DNA of 38,953 bases from the NCBI RefSeq assembly GCF_006345805.1, contig NW_021835711.1:1-38953 (forward strand). The letters run 5' to 3'. This document shows positions 12,210 through 25,826 of the stretch, piece by piece; position 1 is the first letter of the stretch, and the number at the start of each line of letters is the position of its first letter. Origin of the DNA: Octopus sinensis. Lineage: Eukaryota. The notes beneath the pieces were generated by a model. That model saw nothing but the letters and a program-made list of their open reading frames with translations, was not told the origin of the DNA and ran no database searches. Made by a program: the position numbers and the translations under genes.

Positions 12210-12292
<83 letters not shown>

Positions 12293-12461
12293 CAGACAAA
12301 TAGATGGATAGATAGATAGATAGATAGACAGACAAATAGATGGATAGATAGATAGATAGATAGATAGACAGACAAATAGATAGATAGATAGATAGATAGA
12401 CAGACAAATAGATAGATTGATAAATAGATGGATATTTAGATAGACAGACAAATAGATAGAT

Positions 12462-12495
<34 letters not shown>

Positions 12496-12514
12496 CAGAC
12501 AGACACACAGACAA

Positions 12515-12571
<57 letters not shown>

Positions 12572-12640
12572 CAGACAGACACAGAGAAACAGATAGATAG
12601 ACAGACAGACAAATATATAAACGGTTAGATAGATGATAGG
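12194..12640. repeat. (GATA)n/(GACA)n tetranucleotide array
   Basis: Direct reading; includes recurring gacagacaaatagat interruptions. Confidence 0.95.
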
Positions 12641-13485
12641 TGGGTAGGCTGTAGGAGAAGGAAATAAAATGTTCCCCTATATAAAACAAATTTATATGAA
12701 AATTTCTGTGTGCACCAGTATTATAAAGTTGAGTTACTGTTTAAATGAAGTAGGCTAATGTGTGTGTGTGTGTGTTTAGATGTATGTGGACATACTTATA
12801 TTAATATATATAAGTGGACGTATATGTAAATATATAAACAGAGGTATCATTAATACATTGTGTAAAATGAATATCACTTTGATTCTAAAGGTGAGTGGAA
12901 TGGGAGAAACACCAAATTTAAGTGCTAGTTTAAATATCTATTAGTATTTATATACATTCTTACACGTTCAATACTTGCCCGGAGCGACTATACACCTCAT
13001 CCCATCGAGGTGGATAAAATATAATGGCAGGCACATTACTGCCATTCAATTGATTTTTTTTTTCTCTTCTCCTTTGAATTTGAAACCTTGTGCCAATCAT
13101 TATAATCATGACTGGCATTTATTTTATTCATTATTATTGTAGTTGTTTGAGTGGCAATGGATGGTAGAATCGGTAGAGAGTCAGATTAAATGTGTAGCAT
13201 ATATTTCGGTTTCTTCTATTTCCATTCTGATTTCAAATCTGAATCGTATAAGTATTAATAATACTTATACTAGAAACGATTCATTCACTTACATTCGTTT
13301 GTATTTGTAACAATGTAAGATATTATCATTTCGTTGTGAACGGTGATGAGTACGGTTCATACATTAGAATGTAAGACAAAACTTACAGAGTTATTGTTTT
13401 TAGCGCTTAACAAGGCACTATCCTAAAGCTCCCATAACAACATTTCACCTTGTGCGCCGGTAAAAATAATTGTAAAATCATTTTA

Positions 13486-13974
13486 GAGTAAAGATTATTT
13501 GCCAACATAACATCGCACTCCTAGTTTAGGACGAATGTTACTGTAATTTAGTCCTAGGAGACGTCGTCTCCAGCTGGCTGTACGACACGATCTGTGTCCT
13601 TATATTTTCGAACAATGGAATCTAGCACCCCTACCCAGCTCAAAACAATATCCGTGTATCGCGATTTCCGGGTTATTTCGCTTCATCATCACAGAACAAT
13701 TGTTCCCTTCATCTAACCGAACAATTATTCTGTACTGATGGAGGGAAATAACCCGGAAATCACGATACACAGATATTGTTTTGAGTTGAGTGAGGGTGCT
13801 AGATTCTCTTGTTTTAAAATAAAAGGACACAGATCGTCTCCTAGGACTAAATATAAGGACACAGATGTCTCCTAGGACTAAATATAAGGACACAGATGTC
13901 TCCTAGGACTAAATTACAGTAACATTCGTCCTACACCAGGACTGCCATGTTATGTTGGCAAATAATCTTTACTC
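13486..13974. mobile_element. MITE with ~77 bp TIRs starting GAGTAAAG (possibly Sola-like) and an internal 31-bp triplication
   Basis: 13486-13562 is the reverse complement of 13897-13974 with a few mismatches. 13588-13608 pairs with 13816-13836. The unit aggacacagatgtctcctaggactaaatata occurs x3 at 13824-13914. No TSD seen; the superfamily is inferred only from the GAG termini. Confidence 0.75.
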
Positions 13975-15559
13975 CAAAGTACTGTTGTTGTACATCTCTC
14001 GATGTGAGATTTACAAATAGTAATTTTCTAATCATTATTTTAGTTTGAAAAATTCAACGCATGAAAGATCTTATAATTAATTCAAGCAACTTTACACAAA
14101 CACGCAATAAGTTAATTGATACCATTTGTATACAGACAATCTATCACGCAAAGGTAATGCCTCTCATTTGTGGTTATATCAGTCTCTTTATCAATCTTTC
14201 TCTTCCCTCTCTCTCTCCCTTGCTTTCACTCTCCTGCTCTCTCTCTCTCTCTCTCTCTCTCTCTATGAATATATATATAGGTGTGTGTATGTGTGTGTGT
14301 GAGTATGCGTGTATATGTTTTGCATGTGTGTACATATAAGTAAATAGCAATTATATTATTCTAAAGATTTTAGACCCCTGCTACATGTAATACTTGTCGT
14401 TTGTGTAGTTGCCTCAGTCGTCACAAATGTCTCCAAGTGAATATATCTTTTTTTTTTATTCTAGCTAGGGTCTATTGTATTTATTCACAGCCAATGAATC
14501 AGTTTCTATGGCAATCCTTTCAGACGATGATGCAATCAAATATAGATATTTTAGAAATCGTAAAAGTGTATACGAAACACTTTTTTGTAAATATTTTCTG
14601 ATTTTCAGTATACAAATATTGGAAACCTAGAATAAATTACAATACATAAAGTTTTATGTGCTGTTGAAAATGGTTGTCAACCTTGCATTTATGAGAAGCT
14701 GAATATACCGAGCCGCATAATTTCATCATGAATACTGAGTCTGATGTAACATTATTTATCACTAATGAACAATGTTTGTTGAAATATTTTTAAATGGCTA
14801 CCGGATGAACAATTAATTTTTGAGAGATTCCTTAAAAACCTCCATAATTTAACCAAACATTTAGTTCTCTCTATTGCAATTAAAAAACGTCATCAAGAAC
14901 TCACCTAAAATATCTAGATTCATCAAAATGTCAAGTTCTTTGAGACTTTATTAAACGTAGACAGCTTTCAAACTTCAGTATTTAAAACGAACCGTCAATA
15001 TATTCGCAAATTATACAACTATGACAACGTCATTACTAAGATATTGGTTTGTAATGCATCTTAAAACCTATCAACTTTTCCTTAAAATAAACAAGCTTTT
15101 AGCAATATAGCCAAATGCAAAATGGGAGAAATCGAGAGAAACGTTTTAATTTTGAAATTAAAATACAACTGGAATATCGTTACAAACCACGCTATAAGCG
15201 ACATATTGAAACGTTTAACAGTTACAAGTTTTAACACAACTAAAGTTTTTCAAATACTTACTAAACATTTCCTTTTAAATCACAAATTCCACAAGCTTCT
15301 CAATTGAGAAATATTAAAATTTTGTATTTATCCACCTAAAATTGTCCATAGATATTAACAAAATCGTATCTTTTGAAATTAAACTGTATTCTTTGAACTG
15401 AAATATCAACCATTTTAATTGCATCAACATTACTTGAAAAATTCTGTTGACCAAGAAATCAAGGTAACTGTGTTTCAATTTCACGTGACTATTTGTTAAA
15501 GAGAAATATCTCAATACATTCATGTCCTCGAGCAATATTTGGAGATCTAAGAACAAGGA

Positions 15560-16130
15560 CATTGCATACAGTTGATCATGGATGGGACTTCAACTGACTG
15601 ACATAGGCAGCCTTGGAAAGGAGTACACGGCCATACGTTTCATCCCTCCAGCACTTTATGTTTTCACTGCGGTTCTAATGACCCCATCTACGAAGCCAGT
15701 GCTGTACGCTTTCATTCCCAAGGATACCCACATCATAAGCTTTAAAACTTCCCTCCTACGATTCCTCCACTCACTTCTTTCCAAAGCTAATTTTTCTCAG
15801 TTCTTTCAATTTGCTTTTTATGCAGTCTTTGTACCTTTTGTGGTTTGTGCTGAGGACGCTTTCCATTGCACAGCTCTCCATAGAACAATTGCTTCGGAAT
15901 CGTATTCTCTTCTATACGTACAGCGTGGTGTATTCAACGCAACTGAGTAGTTATAATGAGAGACTGGATGCTTGTACGTCCTGCGTTTGCAAGAACTTCT
16001 GAATCGAGAGTTTTGCTTTGCTATTTGATGTTGAGTATGTGGCTGAAACATTTTTTTAGGAAAATGCTCAAGCAGCTTTTGTTTTCGTGACGTTATTTGT
16101 TCTGCTGTCAAGATTTCAACCCTTAGATAC
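15560..16130 (-). mobile_element. RTE-clade (BovB-like) LINE 3' fragment, pseudogenised
   Basis: Cross-frame translation: KLLEHF..KCFSHILNIK*QSKTLDSEVLANAGRTSIQSLIITTQLR*IHHAVRIEENTIPKQLFYGELCNGKRPQHKPQK..YKDCIKSKLK..EKLALERSEWR, and a C2H2-like remnant GRVLLSKAAYVSQLKSH. This is the typical RTE ORF C-terminus. Confidence 0.85.
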
Positions 16131-16980
16131 AGAAATACATCTACGTTTTCAGACAGCATCTGTAACATTTGGTAAGATTGAAAATATATTCTAGACAAAT
16201 CGCAGCATCAAGTTGAGTGTTTACAAGCTTTGTTGAGTAAGAACTCGATTGTACTCTTCTGAAGTATGGATAATAGAATGTAGGCATCTTAAGCTGATCA
16301 AGCGCTCCATAGAAAAAAAATGTTTGACACATTCTGAACGTCAAATGGCAAAATAAAGCATAACATCTATAGAAACACGAACCAACAAGTTTCGCAATGC
16401 GACTGCATAATATTACATAGTAAACAAAGTTGTTTCTTTAGTGAACTATGTTTAGTATACATATCGCAGCTTTAATAAAATATAGAATATAGTGTAAGAC
16501 ATTCATCCGTATAGAATGTTACATTAATACAGATAAGTATATCATTTTGCCTCACGTATTCTGGTAGGAGGTGTGTATGTTGTGTGTGCGCGCGCGCGCG
16601 TGCTTGTGTAGTGGAATAATATATCTATATTTAACCATATCTATATGCGGTACATACGCTTTTTATAAAGATTCGAAAGCTGGAAGTAAAGGAGGCAGAT
16701 ATTTCTGTGTCTAATTGACGACTCTGCTATACTCATTACGACGTCTCCCGCCAGTAAAATCCCTAACATAGAAGAAATAGCTGTTTGTCATTCTTTTAAG
16801 TGCAGCGTGAGAAATCTAAACTAAACTTTGAAGTCACCTTTAAAGTAAATACATACGTGTTCATGTCTATGCGTATCTGTGTGTATTTGCGTTTGCGCGC
16901 GCGCGTGTCTAAACCGGTTTATGTATTAGTACTTATTTAGTGCATGTCATCAGGTAGCTTATAATTCTGTTGCAATGCAA

Positions 16981-17127
16981 AAGCGGTGAGCTGGCAGAAT
17001 CGTTAGCACGCCGAATAAACTACATTTCATTTGGTATTACGTTCTGAGTTCACATTCCGTCGAGTTTGACTTGAACTTTCAGAATCATTGAAATAAGTTT
17101 CAGGCCTTATGCCTACATTAGAAAAAG
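16981..17127 (+). mobile_element. SINE family 1 (degenerate)
   Basis: gcggtgagctggcagaatcgttagcacgccg...tacgttctgagttcacattcc...ggccttatgcctacattagaaa. Confidence 0.75.
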
Positions 17128-17162
17128 ATTCTTTCATTATGCTGTTTGGGCTTTATAGGTTC

Positions 17163-17530
17163 AGGCATGGCTATGTCGTTCAGGTTTTCACTTGCGACCA
17201 TGTGCTTCCATATACAGTGCCACTGCGCGGTATCATGGGCAAATGCCCCCCCCCCCACCTAATGCCTCGTGGTTGAATTTGATAGATGGAAGACCGCCGT
17301 CTGTGTGTGCGTGTTTGTTTTGATTTTTGAGTATTTGACAACGCTGCTACTTCACAAGCGCTGCCGGTCGGTTTACGTCCGCAAGTAGATCGGCATAAAA
17401 AAAAACGGATGTTATAAGTACTGGATACTTCAGAATTATGTAATGAGGTTGATTTGTTTTGACTAAAGTCGTCAAGCCAGTAACCCAGCATGGCCGAAGT
17501 CCAATGGCTAAAATATGGGAAAAAATAAAA
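17163..17530 (+). mobile_element. SINE family 2 (degenerate)
   Basis: Head gcatggctatgtcgttcagg...gaccatgtg...ccactgcgcgg; tail gatttgttttgactaaag...cccagcatggccgaagtccaatggctaaa. Confidence 0.65.
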
Positions 17531-18198
17531 GGTATTTGGCTATATGAATGAATAATTTTATCTGTGCATATCTGAATGTTCGCGGATGGTTGTGTGTCTG
17601 TGTGAAATGAATTAAGAAATCCTTATTGGGTACTGTTCCTCCAATGTGTTCTTACCCAAAACAAAGGTAAAAATGTTGCTTTTGTTATTGATGTTGCAAC
17701 ATATATTGCTCTTGGAAAACTATTGCCAGTTCGATTCCAACCATGGCCAACCAGCCTTTATTTATTTATTTTTTTTTCTTTTTAATCTAGAACTATATTA
17801 TGTCGTTCTATTTCTAAGTCGGTTAGGTAAGATTTGATGTAAACTTGGGTGATATTTCTAACATACTGATCACAACGAACAGACTCCCTCACTAGGTGGC
17901 TCTGAAAGTTTTCTGTCTTTCAGGCAGGTCACAGTCATAGTCACTATTTCCAAGGAGATTAATATGTAATGGGAACACGTAAGTACACTTCTCTATAATC
18001 TAATACCATACGACGCACCACACAAAACGGTTGTTGCTGAGCAGCTTATTAATTCCCACACGTTGAAAAATTACATATCATACATTCACAAAAATACATA
18101 TGTTCTCATACACTAATATGTGTATGTGCTTATGTACGCATACGTGAGTGTATCGAGTATGGATGCATATAGGTATATATATATATATATATTGTATG

Positions 18199-18232
<34 letters not shown>

Positions 18233-18327
18233 CGTGTGTGTGTGTGTGTTTTGCATGTAGGAGAGAGTGGACACGCATACACACACATGTATATATACAC
18301 ATGCACACACACACATATATATATATA

Positions 18328-18368
<41 letters not shown>

Positions 18369-21300
18369 GAACACAACTGTGTACATATACACATAAATGC
18401 ATACTGTACAAATATCTATTCATATTTCTCGAATATCGATACATATTTTCGCTAGTTTCCTCCATTTCTTTCTATAAGAGGTTATTTGCAAATATTGATT
18501 TATATGCATTTGCGAATTTATATTTTATTGAATCATTGCCAACATATTAAAAGTTGACGTTTAATCAGAGAGATGAAAACCAAAGTCGACCTTACTGGTT
18601 CACTGTTGAATTTAGGACCTTTTTTTAAAATCTTCTCTATGAAGCTTTACCAGTCTGTCAAAAAGTCATCAGCGCTGTCGGAAATGGTTGGTATTAAATC
18701 AATAAAGATCATATAGATATACACCCTAGCCAGATAATATATGCGATCCACGGAAATTCTCGTTACTGAACAACTTCCTCAGACAAATATACTGAACAGA
18801 ATCAACGATGTACTATCTGTGCTGTTGCTTGATCTGTTGCAAATAGTAGCAAAGTTTTCATAAAATTGCTCCCTTACATTTGACAAATAGACAAGGTAGT
18901 TGTTCATGGTTTACAATTTGGCCATAAAGTCTTTCTAAAGGCCGTTTTAAAGCCACACAACAATCTAAATAAATAAAAATACGGATTCGTTGAAGCACAT
19001 GTCACAATACTGAGTCTGTATTTACATCATTGCGTTTTTGATCCAAGTCCTCGCCAATGCTAGCTCTACCTTTTATCAGTCGGTTTTCATATAAAATATA
19101 TACTACTCAAATCCTAGACATTGTATACAATATTTTGTGATTAATGCCTGAATTAGATTTCTTTAGGCACTGATTTATAAGTCCTTTGCCAAAAGTTTAC
19201 AAGTACAGCTCCTTGGAATTTGATTATTGACAAGAATAAGAAGAAATTTTAAAGTAAACTGAGATCCAAATACAATTTCAGTGTCTGTCATCGAAACAAT
19301 TATAAATGCTGGAACCTAGGTAAAAGAACCGTGCACTTAGCATTCATTTTAAGATTGGAATCAAATCTTTATAGTGGTGTTACTAACAATGTTAAATTTT
19401 GGTTTCTTCCCTATATATCAGAAAACCCATCATTCCCAAACCCGCACTCCTCTTTTAAACTGTTTCAATTATTCGTTGCATCTCTCGTTCCATTGCAAAA
19501 TCTTTCAAGACAAATCTGTAAAGAAATATTGGGAATTACTTTCGCATATTGCCGATTTCGTTTTGCTTCTCTTCTGAGAACATATTTCATTTTTGTTTTT
19601 ATATTCTTTTCTATAATCACGGATTACTATTTCTTACACGCCTGCAGCGTTTCCTGAAAGACCTGCTTCGGGAAAATGTATTTGGGAAGTTCAAAGAAAC
19701 TGATATACCATTGAATTACTTACAAGAGTGCAACTATAAGCAGATGAATTATCATTTTGCTTAGTCACAAAAGATTTCGTTTCAGGAGATGAGTAAATGA
19801 CAGACTGTTATGGTTATGTATTTATCAGACAAAGAATTGTCTACCTCAATTTGGAGTATAGCAGAAATTTTGTGAGTGAATGTTTTTATTCAGAACTTGT
19901 GAAAGATCGTTACAGTGGCTGCATGGAATTTTGGATAGGAAACTTAATCCTTCAGTCGGTTATTACCGCCAGTAGGTACTTGGGTGCATTTAGCCTATAT
20001 CATTCTGTAGCAAGCATTCAGATCAGGTTTCAGATCTTCTGCATCACAATCTATCAGCCGCAGGTGTCCTGAATAACGTCATAGGTGGTGACGTTATTCA
20101 TGGCACATTCCAAGAAACAGCTGTAGTGAAGTATTAACTAATTTGGAATAGAAAACGCAATGCGAGCCAAATTTAACGGGTATTTCATCGTTCCTCCTTG
20201 ATCTCCGTTAATCTTATTCGTGTCAGAGACGAAACTATGACTTAGGTTAATACCATTTATTTTGAATTCATAATCAATAACCTGAAATATTATATTCTTC
20301 TTGACAATGAAAATAAATATTAACTGATACTCCTATGAAACATAAAGCTTAACACTATTGTTCATTTGAAGCAGCTAAGATATCAATGGTTCATCATAAG
20401 TGATGGACAGAAACCAAATCAACATATATTTTCAAGCATAAATATATCAAGCTGTGTGTAGAGCTATGGTAATAGTTGGATGAAACGAATGAGTTTTGTC
20501 ACCTTTTCTAAACATACATGCAAGGGAAGCCAAGATTTGCACAGCAAAATACTGAAGCATACATTTTGCAGGGATTCATCTGCGCGTGGCGATGTAGACT
20601 TTATGGTTTATTTCTACCTCACTGATCACCAAATAATGATACTATTGTTAACTAAGTTATTGGCCATGGAGATAGAAAACATATTTTCTGATAATATAGG
20701 GGGAAATATCCATTGTCTGGTCACTCGATTTAATGCTCCTAGTCATTATGTTTGATAGTTTCTCCAAATGTACTAAATCTTTATGTAACTTCATTTTATA
20801 AACAAAAAAATCATTAAAAAAACCAACTAAAAACAACATACAGCTAACCTTGAAATTAGACATTCATGCTTTTGCTTTAAAATCGGCATTTAATAAGAAC
20901 AGTTGTTTTAAAAAGTCTACAACAAATAAAATCTAGTAGTTTTATGAATTACATAGCTTTCTTCCTCCTCCACCCAGTTGAATCCATAGATGTACAAACT
21001 GAAGCAAACAGATTTGATTCGCGTACAAAGATTCTTCTGTCATTAAACAATTTCCATGTAAATTCATTAGCCATTTCATCACAGATACCAAGAGACAAGC
21101 ATTTCTTTTAGATTATTTATGAGAACCAAAAGAGTTTTATAGATTATTGTCGAAATATGATGGAGCTTTAGCAATTCTTCTTGTTTTGTTTTGTGTATTT
21201 AATAATCGTTTCATGGCACTATAAAGCCGAACGAAGAATTATTTCAACAGCAAAATTAAAGGAAGCAAATTCGCAAACAATAACGGTTACAACAATAAAA

Positions 21301-21702
21301 ATTACGAGAACGACAACATGATCGTCGTCAACAACAACAGCGTCCGCTAAAATTACAACAACAAGTAACAAACACTACTAATACAACCAACACCACCACC
21401 ACCACCACCATGATAACACAATAATAACTAATAGAGTTATCGCTGCTAAGAAGAATTCTATCCAAGTTTTTCTGATTCCTTTGATTGCTGAAAATGCTGG
21501 TATGCAAACGTATGAAATTCTGTATGTGCGGACGCACGCGCACACACACAGGCACACACACGCACACACTCACACACACTCACACACGTGTGTCAATCCA
21601 AATAAATAGCGCATACTCCCAAATAATAAACTTATACCTATATATACAAATACAAATATAAATATATATATTTTTATGCATGTATACACACGCACGCACA
21701 CA

Positions 21703-21703
<1 letters not shown>

Positions 21704-21798
<95 letters not shown>

Positions 21799-21880
21799 AA
21801 TCTATCTGCCTATCTATCTATCTACCTACCTATCTATCTACCTATCTATCTATATACATATCTATTTATCTACCTATATA
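21704..21880. repeat. (TATC)n array
   Basis: Direct reading. Confidence 0.95.
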
Positions 21881-22368
21881 TATATAAATGGACTTTAACG
21901 CAGGTAAAAATCAAATACTTTTACTTCCGACACATGTTTCGAAGATTTCTCTGATATTATTCGAAAGTATATATATATATATTATAATATATATATATAT
22001 ATATTCGAAAGTATATATATATTGTATATGTATATACATATGTATATATATATATACACACACACACACTTATGTATGCTATAATTCGCTCCGAGGAAGG
22101 TACAGAATGATACGCAAGCCCTCAGATCAAACTGCATCTGATCTTATAGCACAAATGCATTTAAGTTGATGATAGTAATCACATAACTGATATTTATGCC
22201 ACTCATCAGTTTACATTACGCTTCAAACTTCTCGTCTGGCTTTACTGTATAGAGTAAGAAAGAATATTGCGTTGATGAGCTGTACTTCGGTGATCTCATA
22301 TGTACACACACACACATACATACATACATATATATATATATAATGCAGATATGTATTATAATATATGC

Positions 22369-22403
<35 letters not shown>

Positions 22404-22880
22404 GTCTAGGACGGGGTTGTACGTCATATAAGAATCCAATAACACTTTACAAGTTCAAATCTACTTCTTAGTCGATTGGTCAATTGGTCAAATCCCAAAC
22501 AGATAGCTTCTTCAATGTCTAGATGAAACAATCGGCTGTTGCTACTCAAACTCTTCCGTCAAAACTCTTCTGTCGCCAACTTTTTACTTACTCGTTTCTC
22601 TCGCTGCAAGGACTGCTCTGTGTCTCTCTGAGAAGTGGTCATATCTCCGCGTGTATGTATGCTTCTATGAGTGTGTGTAGATGTGTGTTTGCTTAAAAGA
22701 AGAGGGGGTGATGTTCAGTTACATCAAAAACAATTTTACATTAATCTGATGGGTTACTCTATACTACTGGAGAGTATAAATTGATTCTTCAAGTGAAATA
22801 TTTGTGACAGTGACTTTCACGACACTCACAGTGACTATCAATAATGTTCAGTTTTAAGAGCGTGTGTATATATATATATA

Positions 22881-23072
22881 TAGGGAGAGTTTACGACAAA
22901 AACAAAAGACGAATACTGGTGGTGTACAAAACAAACAGATGTATTAGTATAACGCTCAGGAATAGAAAAAGTCTTTTACGTTTCGAGCCTCCGCTCTTCT
23001 ACAGAAAGGGACACAGAAAAAAACAATGAGAGAAAAAATGTGTGTAGTGGCTAACGATCTATCATGGCGACT
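22881..23072 (-). mobile_element. PLE-like short element family C with HHR-like motif at 22972-23009, flanked by (AT)n
   Basis: Reverse complement aligns with 34244-34397. Motif: cttt-CTGTAGA-A-GAGC ggag GCTC-GAAA-CG-TA-aaag. Confidence 0.65.
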
Positions 23073-23710
23073 GTATATATATATACATACATATTTGTGT
23101 GTGTATGTATGCACATGCATGCATGTATACCTACATACAGACACACATACATACTTACATACATACATACATACATATAAAGTCCTAGGCTGGTAGAGGT
23201 GCAGAAAATCCAGGTTTCACAACGGTAAAACCATCGTATTGGTTTAGCGAAGAGTAGAATATAATCTAAATAAAAAGACAAAAAAATTCTTTAACACATT
23301 TCTAATGATTAATTACAATTGTTTCTGTTCCAATTCTGCTTCCGACGGCAGTTCACGCAAAAATTCCAGATGAAATAAACATATATTTATATTCATATAT
23401 GTATATATACATGTGTGTTTGTGTGTGTATGTGTGATCATTTGTGCATAACAAATGTTCTACAAGAAATATGTGACTGTGTACGTTTGAAATGTTGAGTG
23501 AGATTGTAATGTAATGAATTGATGTTTTCCATATAGAGATAGGATGTTAATAGGAACTAAGGCATAAAGGGAATCAGCGCAAATCCATTCTGTGCTGTTA
23601 ATAATAACTATAACAACAACATCGACGACAACAACGATGATGTAAATAATGCTGACGATGATGATGATGACGATAACAACAACAACAACAATAGTAATTG
23701 GTAGAATGTG

Positions 23711-24108
23711 GAAGAGGAGGGGGAGGAGAAGAAGAAGAAGAAGAAGGAGAAGGAAGGAGGGAGAGAAAAGAAGAAAAAGAAGAGAAAAAAGAAAGAGAAA
23801 AGAAGGGAGAAGAAGAAGAAGAAAAAAGAGGGGGAAGAAGAAGAAGAAGAAGGCGGGGGAAGAAGAAGAAGAAGAAGGAAGGAGGGGGAAGAAGAAGAAG
23901 AAGAAGAAGAGGGGGGGAAGAAGAAGAAGAGAAGAAGAAGAGGAGGGGGAAGAATAAGAAGGAGGGGGGGGGGGAGATGGGGGGAAGAAGAAGAAGAAGA
24001 AGGAGGGAGGGGGAAGAAGAAGAAGGAGGGGGAAGAAGAAGAAGAAGAAGGAGGGGGAAGAAGAAGAAGAAGAAGAAGGAGGGGGAAGAAGAAGAAGAAG
24101 AAGAAGAA
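23711..24108. repeat. Polypurine (GAA)n/(GGA)n/G-run tract
   Basis: About 400 bp that is almost exclusively A and G on the + strand. Confidence 0.95.
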
Positions 24109-24739
24109 AATTTGAAGGTAGAAAAAAGAAGGTAAAACACTAAGCTAGCTGTGCAGATGAGCCTGTCCGCTTAGCACAGCAGACCATGTGGCCAATTTAC
24201 TCTACGGCACGTGGTGCACCGGTGACTGACCTCCTGGTTACAGATTTCTAAGTGTGAGTTAGCTTCAATGCAACACCAGCTTAACACACTTTAAGCAACA
24301 AAACTGCATCTGTTCCTCTTGCTACCGTTTCATTAAACCTTCTGTATTTCTGACGCACCTAAGGGTTGCCTTTAATAGAAGTGGATGTTACGATAAGCCT
24401 ATTGTTATTTGCTTTTGCTGTTAGTTCGATGAGGCTTTTTTTTTTCCTCGTAGCAAAAGTAGTAATAGTAGCAGCAGCAATGGTGACAGTAAGGATACTA
24501 ATAGTTGTAGCTGTACTAGTAGACTATTTGTGCTATCGGTTTGGTTTTCTTAATAATTCTTTACTTATTTGCGTGTAACTATTGTATATATGGTTGTGTG
24601 TGTATGTATATATAATTTGCTGGTTACGATTTTTCTTCTTTTTTGCCACTGACGCCGCCTTTTCACCCTCCAAACTCTCTCTTTTCCGTTCTTTCTTCAT
24701 CCCTGTGTCTTTTACATTTATCACCTTTATTTTGTATCG

Positions 24740-24935
24740 TTTTACTTTTGCAGTAATTTGACTGCGGCCAGAAAGTGTTTTAGTGAAACAATCGAACCTA
24801 GAGCTTAATTTTTTTAAAGTCTAGTACTTATTCTATCAGTCTCTATTGCCGAACCGCTAGTTAAAAGGAATATAAACACACTAACACAGTTGTTAAGCTG
24901 TGGTGAGGGAACAAACAGACATAAAGCCATACGCA
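24740..24935 (-). mobile_element. SINE family 2, 3' fragment
   Basis: ttgactgcggcc...ctagtacttattctatcagtctctattgccgaaccgctag...ggaacaaacagaca. Confidence 0.7.
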
Positions 24936-24957
24936 CATGGATATATATATATATATA

Positions 24958-24995
<38 letters not shown>

Positions 24996-25074
24996 TATAT
25001 ATATTTATATATATATATATATTAAAATATAATATTTATATTTATATATATATTAAAATATATATTTATATATT

Positions 25075-25112
<38 letters not shown>

Positions 25113-25182
25113 TATACATATATATATATTTATATATATATTAAAATATATATATTTATATATAGAGAGAGTTTGGAGGGTG

Positions 25183-25239
25183 AAAGGTGTAACACCGTCC
25201 AAATAAGGACTGTCACTTAACGATGGCAAATAGACTTTA

Positions 25240-25271
<32 letters not shown>

Positions 25272-25321
25272 CTTCTCTCTCTCCCTCCTTCTCTCTCTCT
25301 CTCTTCTCTCTCTCCTCTCTC

Positions 25322-25353
<32 letters not shown>

Positions 25354-25456
25354 AGTGTGTGTGCGTGCGTGTGTATATATGTATACGTATATATATATAT
25401 ATATAAATAAATATATAATATTTAATATATATATATATATATATATATATGTATAA

Positions 25457-25489
<33 letters not shown>

Positions 25490-25506
25490 ATTTATATATT
25501 ATATTT

Positions 25507-25551
<45 letters not shown>

Positions 25552-25647
25552 TATATATATTATTTATATATATATTTATTTATATATATATATATATATA
25601 TACGTATACATATATACACACGCACGCACACACACTCACACAACACC

Positions 25648-25707
<60 letters not shown>

Positions 25708-25826
25708 AGGAGGGAGAGAGAGAAGGAGAGAGAGAGAAGGAGAGAGAGAGAAGGAGAGAGAGAGAGAGTAAAGTCTATTTGCCATCGTTAAGTGACAGTC
25801 CTTATTTGGACGGTGTTACTACCTTT
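25183..25826. repeat. Inverted duplication: MITE end + (TC)n + (AT)n + (GT)n mirrored around an (AT)n centre
   Basis: 25183-25242 is the reverse complement of 25766-25826. The microsatellite order and unique interruptions (gtgagtgtgtgtgcgtgcgtgtgtatatatgtatacgta) are mirrored. Confidence 0.85.

Noticed and set aside
12128-12689. Long ORFs rich in SIYL/YI/HT repeats (also at 18, 21.7, 25.4, 27.2, 35 and 37.8 kb)
   Set aside because: Translations of (GATA)n, (AT)n and (CA)n, which lack stops in some frames.
13824-13914. 31-bp repeats resembling a CRISPR array
   Set aside because: Tandem with no spacers, inside a MITE TIR, in eukaryotic context, with no cas genes.
14560-15560. Possible transposase remnant next to the RTE fragment
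   Set aside because: No motif recovered by manual translation; left unassigned.
22401-22740. Possible solo LTR (TGT...ACA)
   Set aside because: No TSD, no second copy, no PBS/PPT, and an ambiguous right end.
23598-24140. 135-180 aa E/K/R/G-rich ORFs
   Set aside because: Artefact of the polypurine tract; open in several frames and on both strands.
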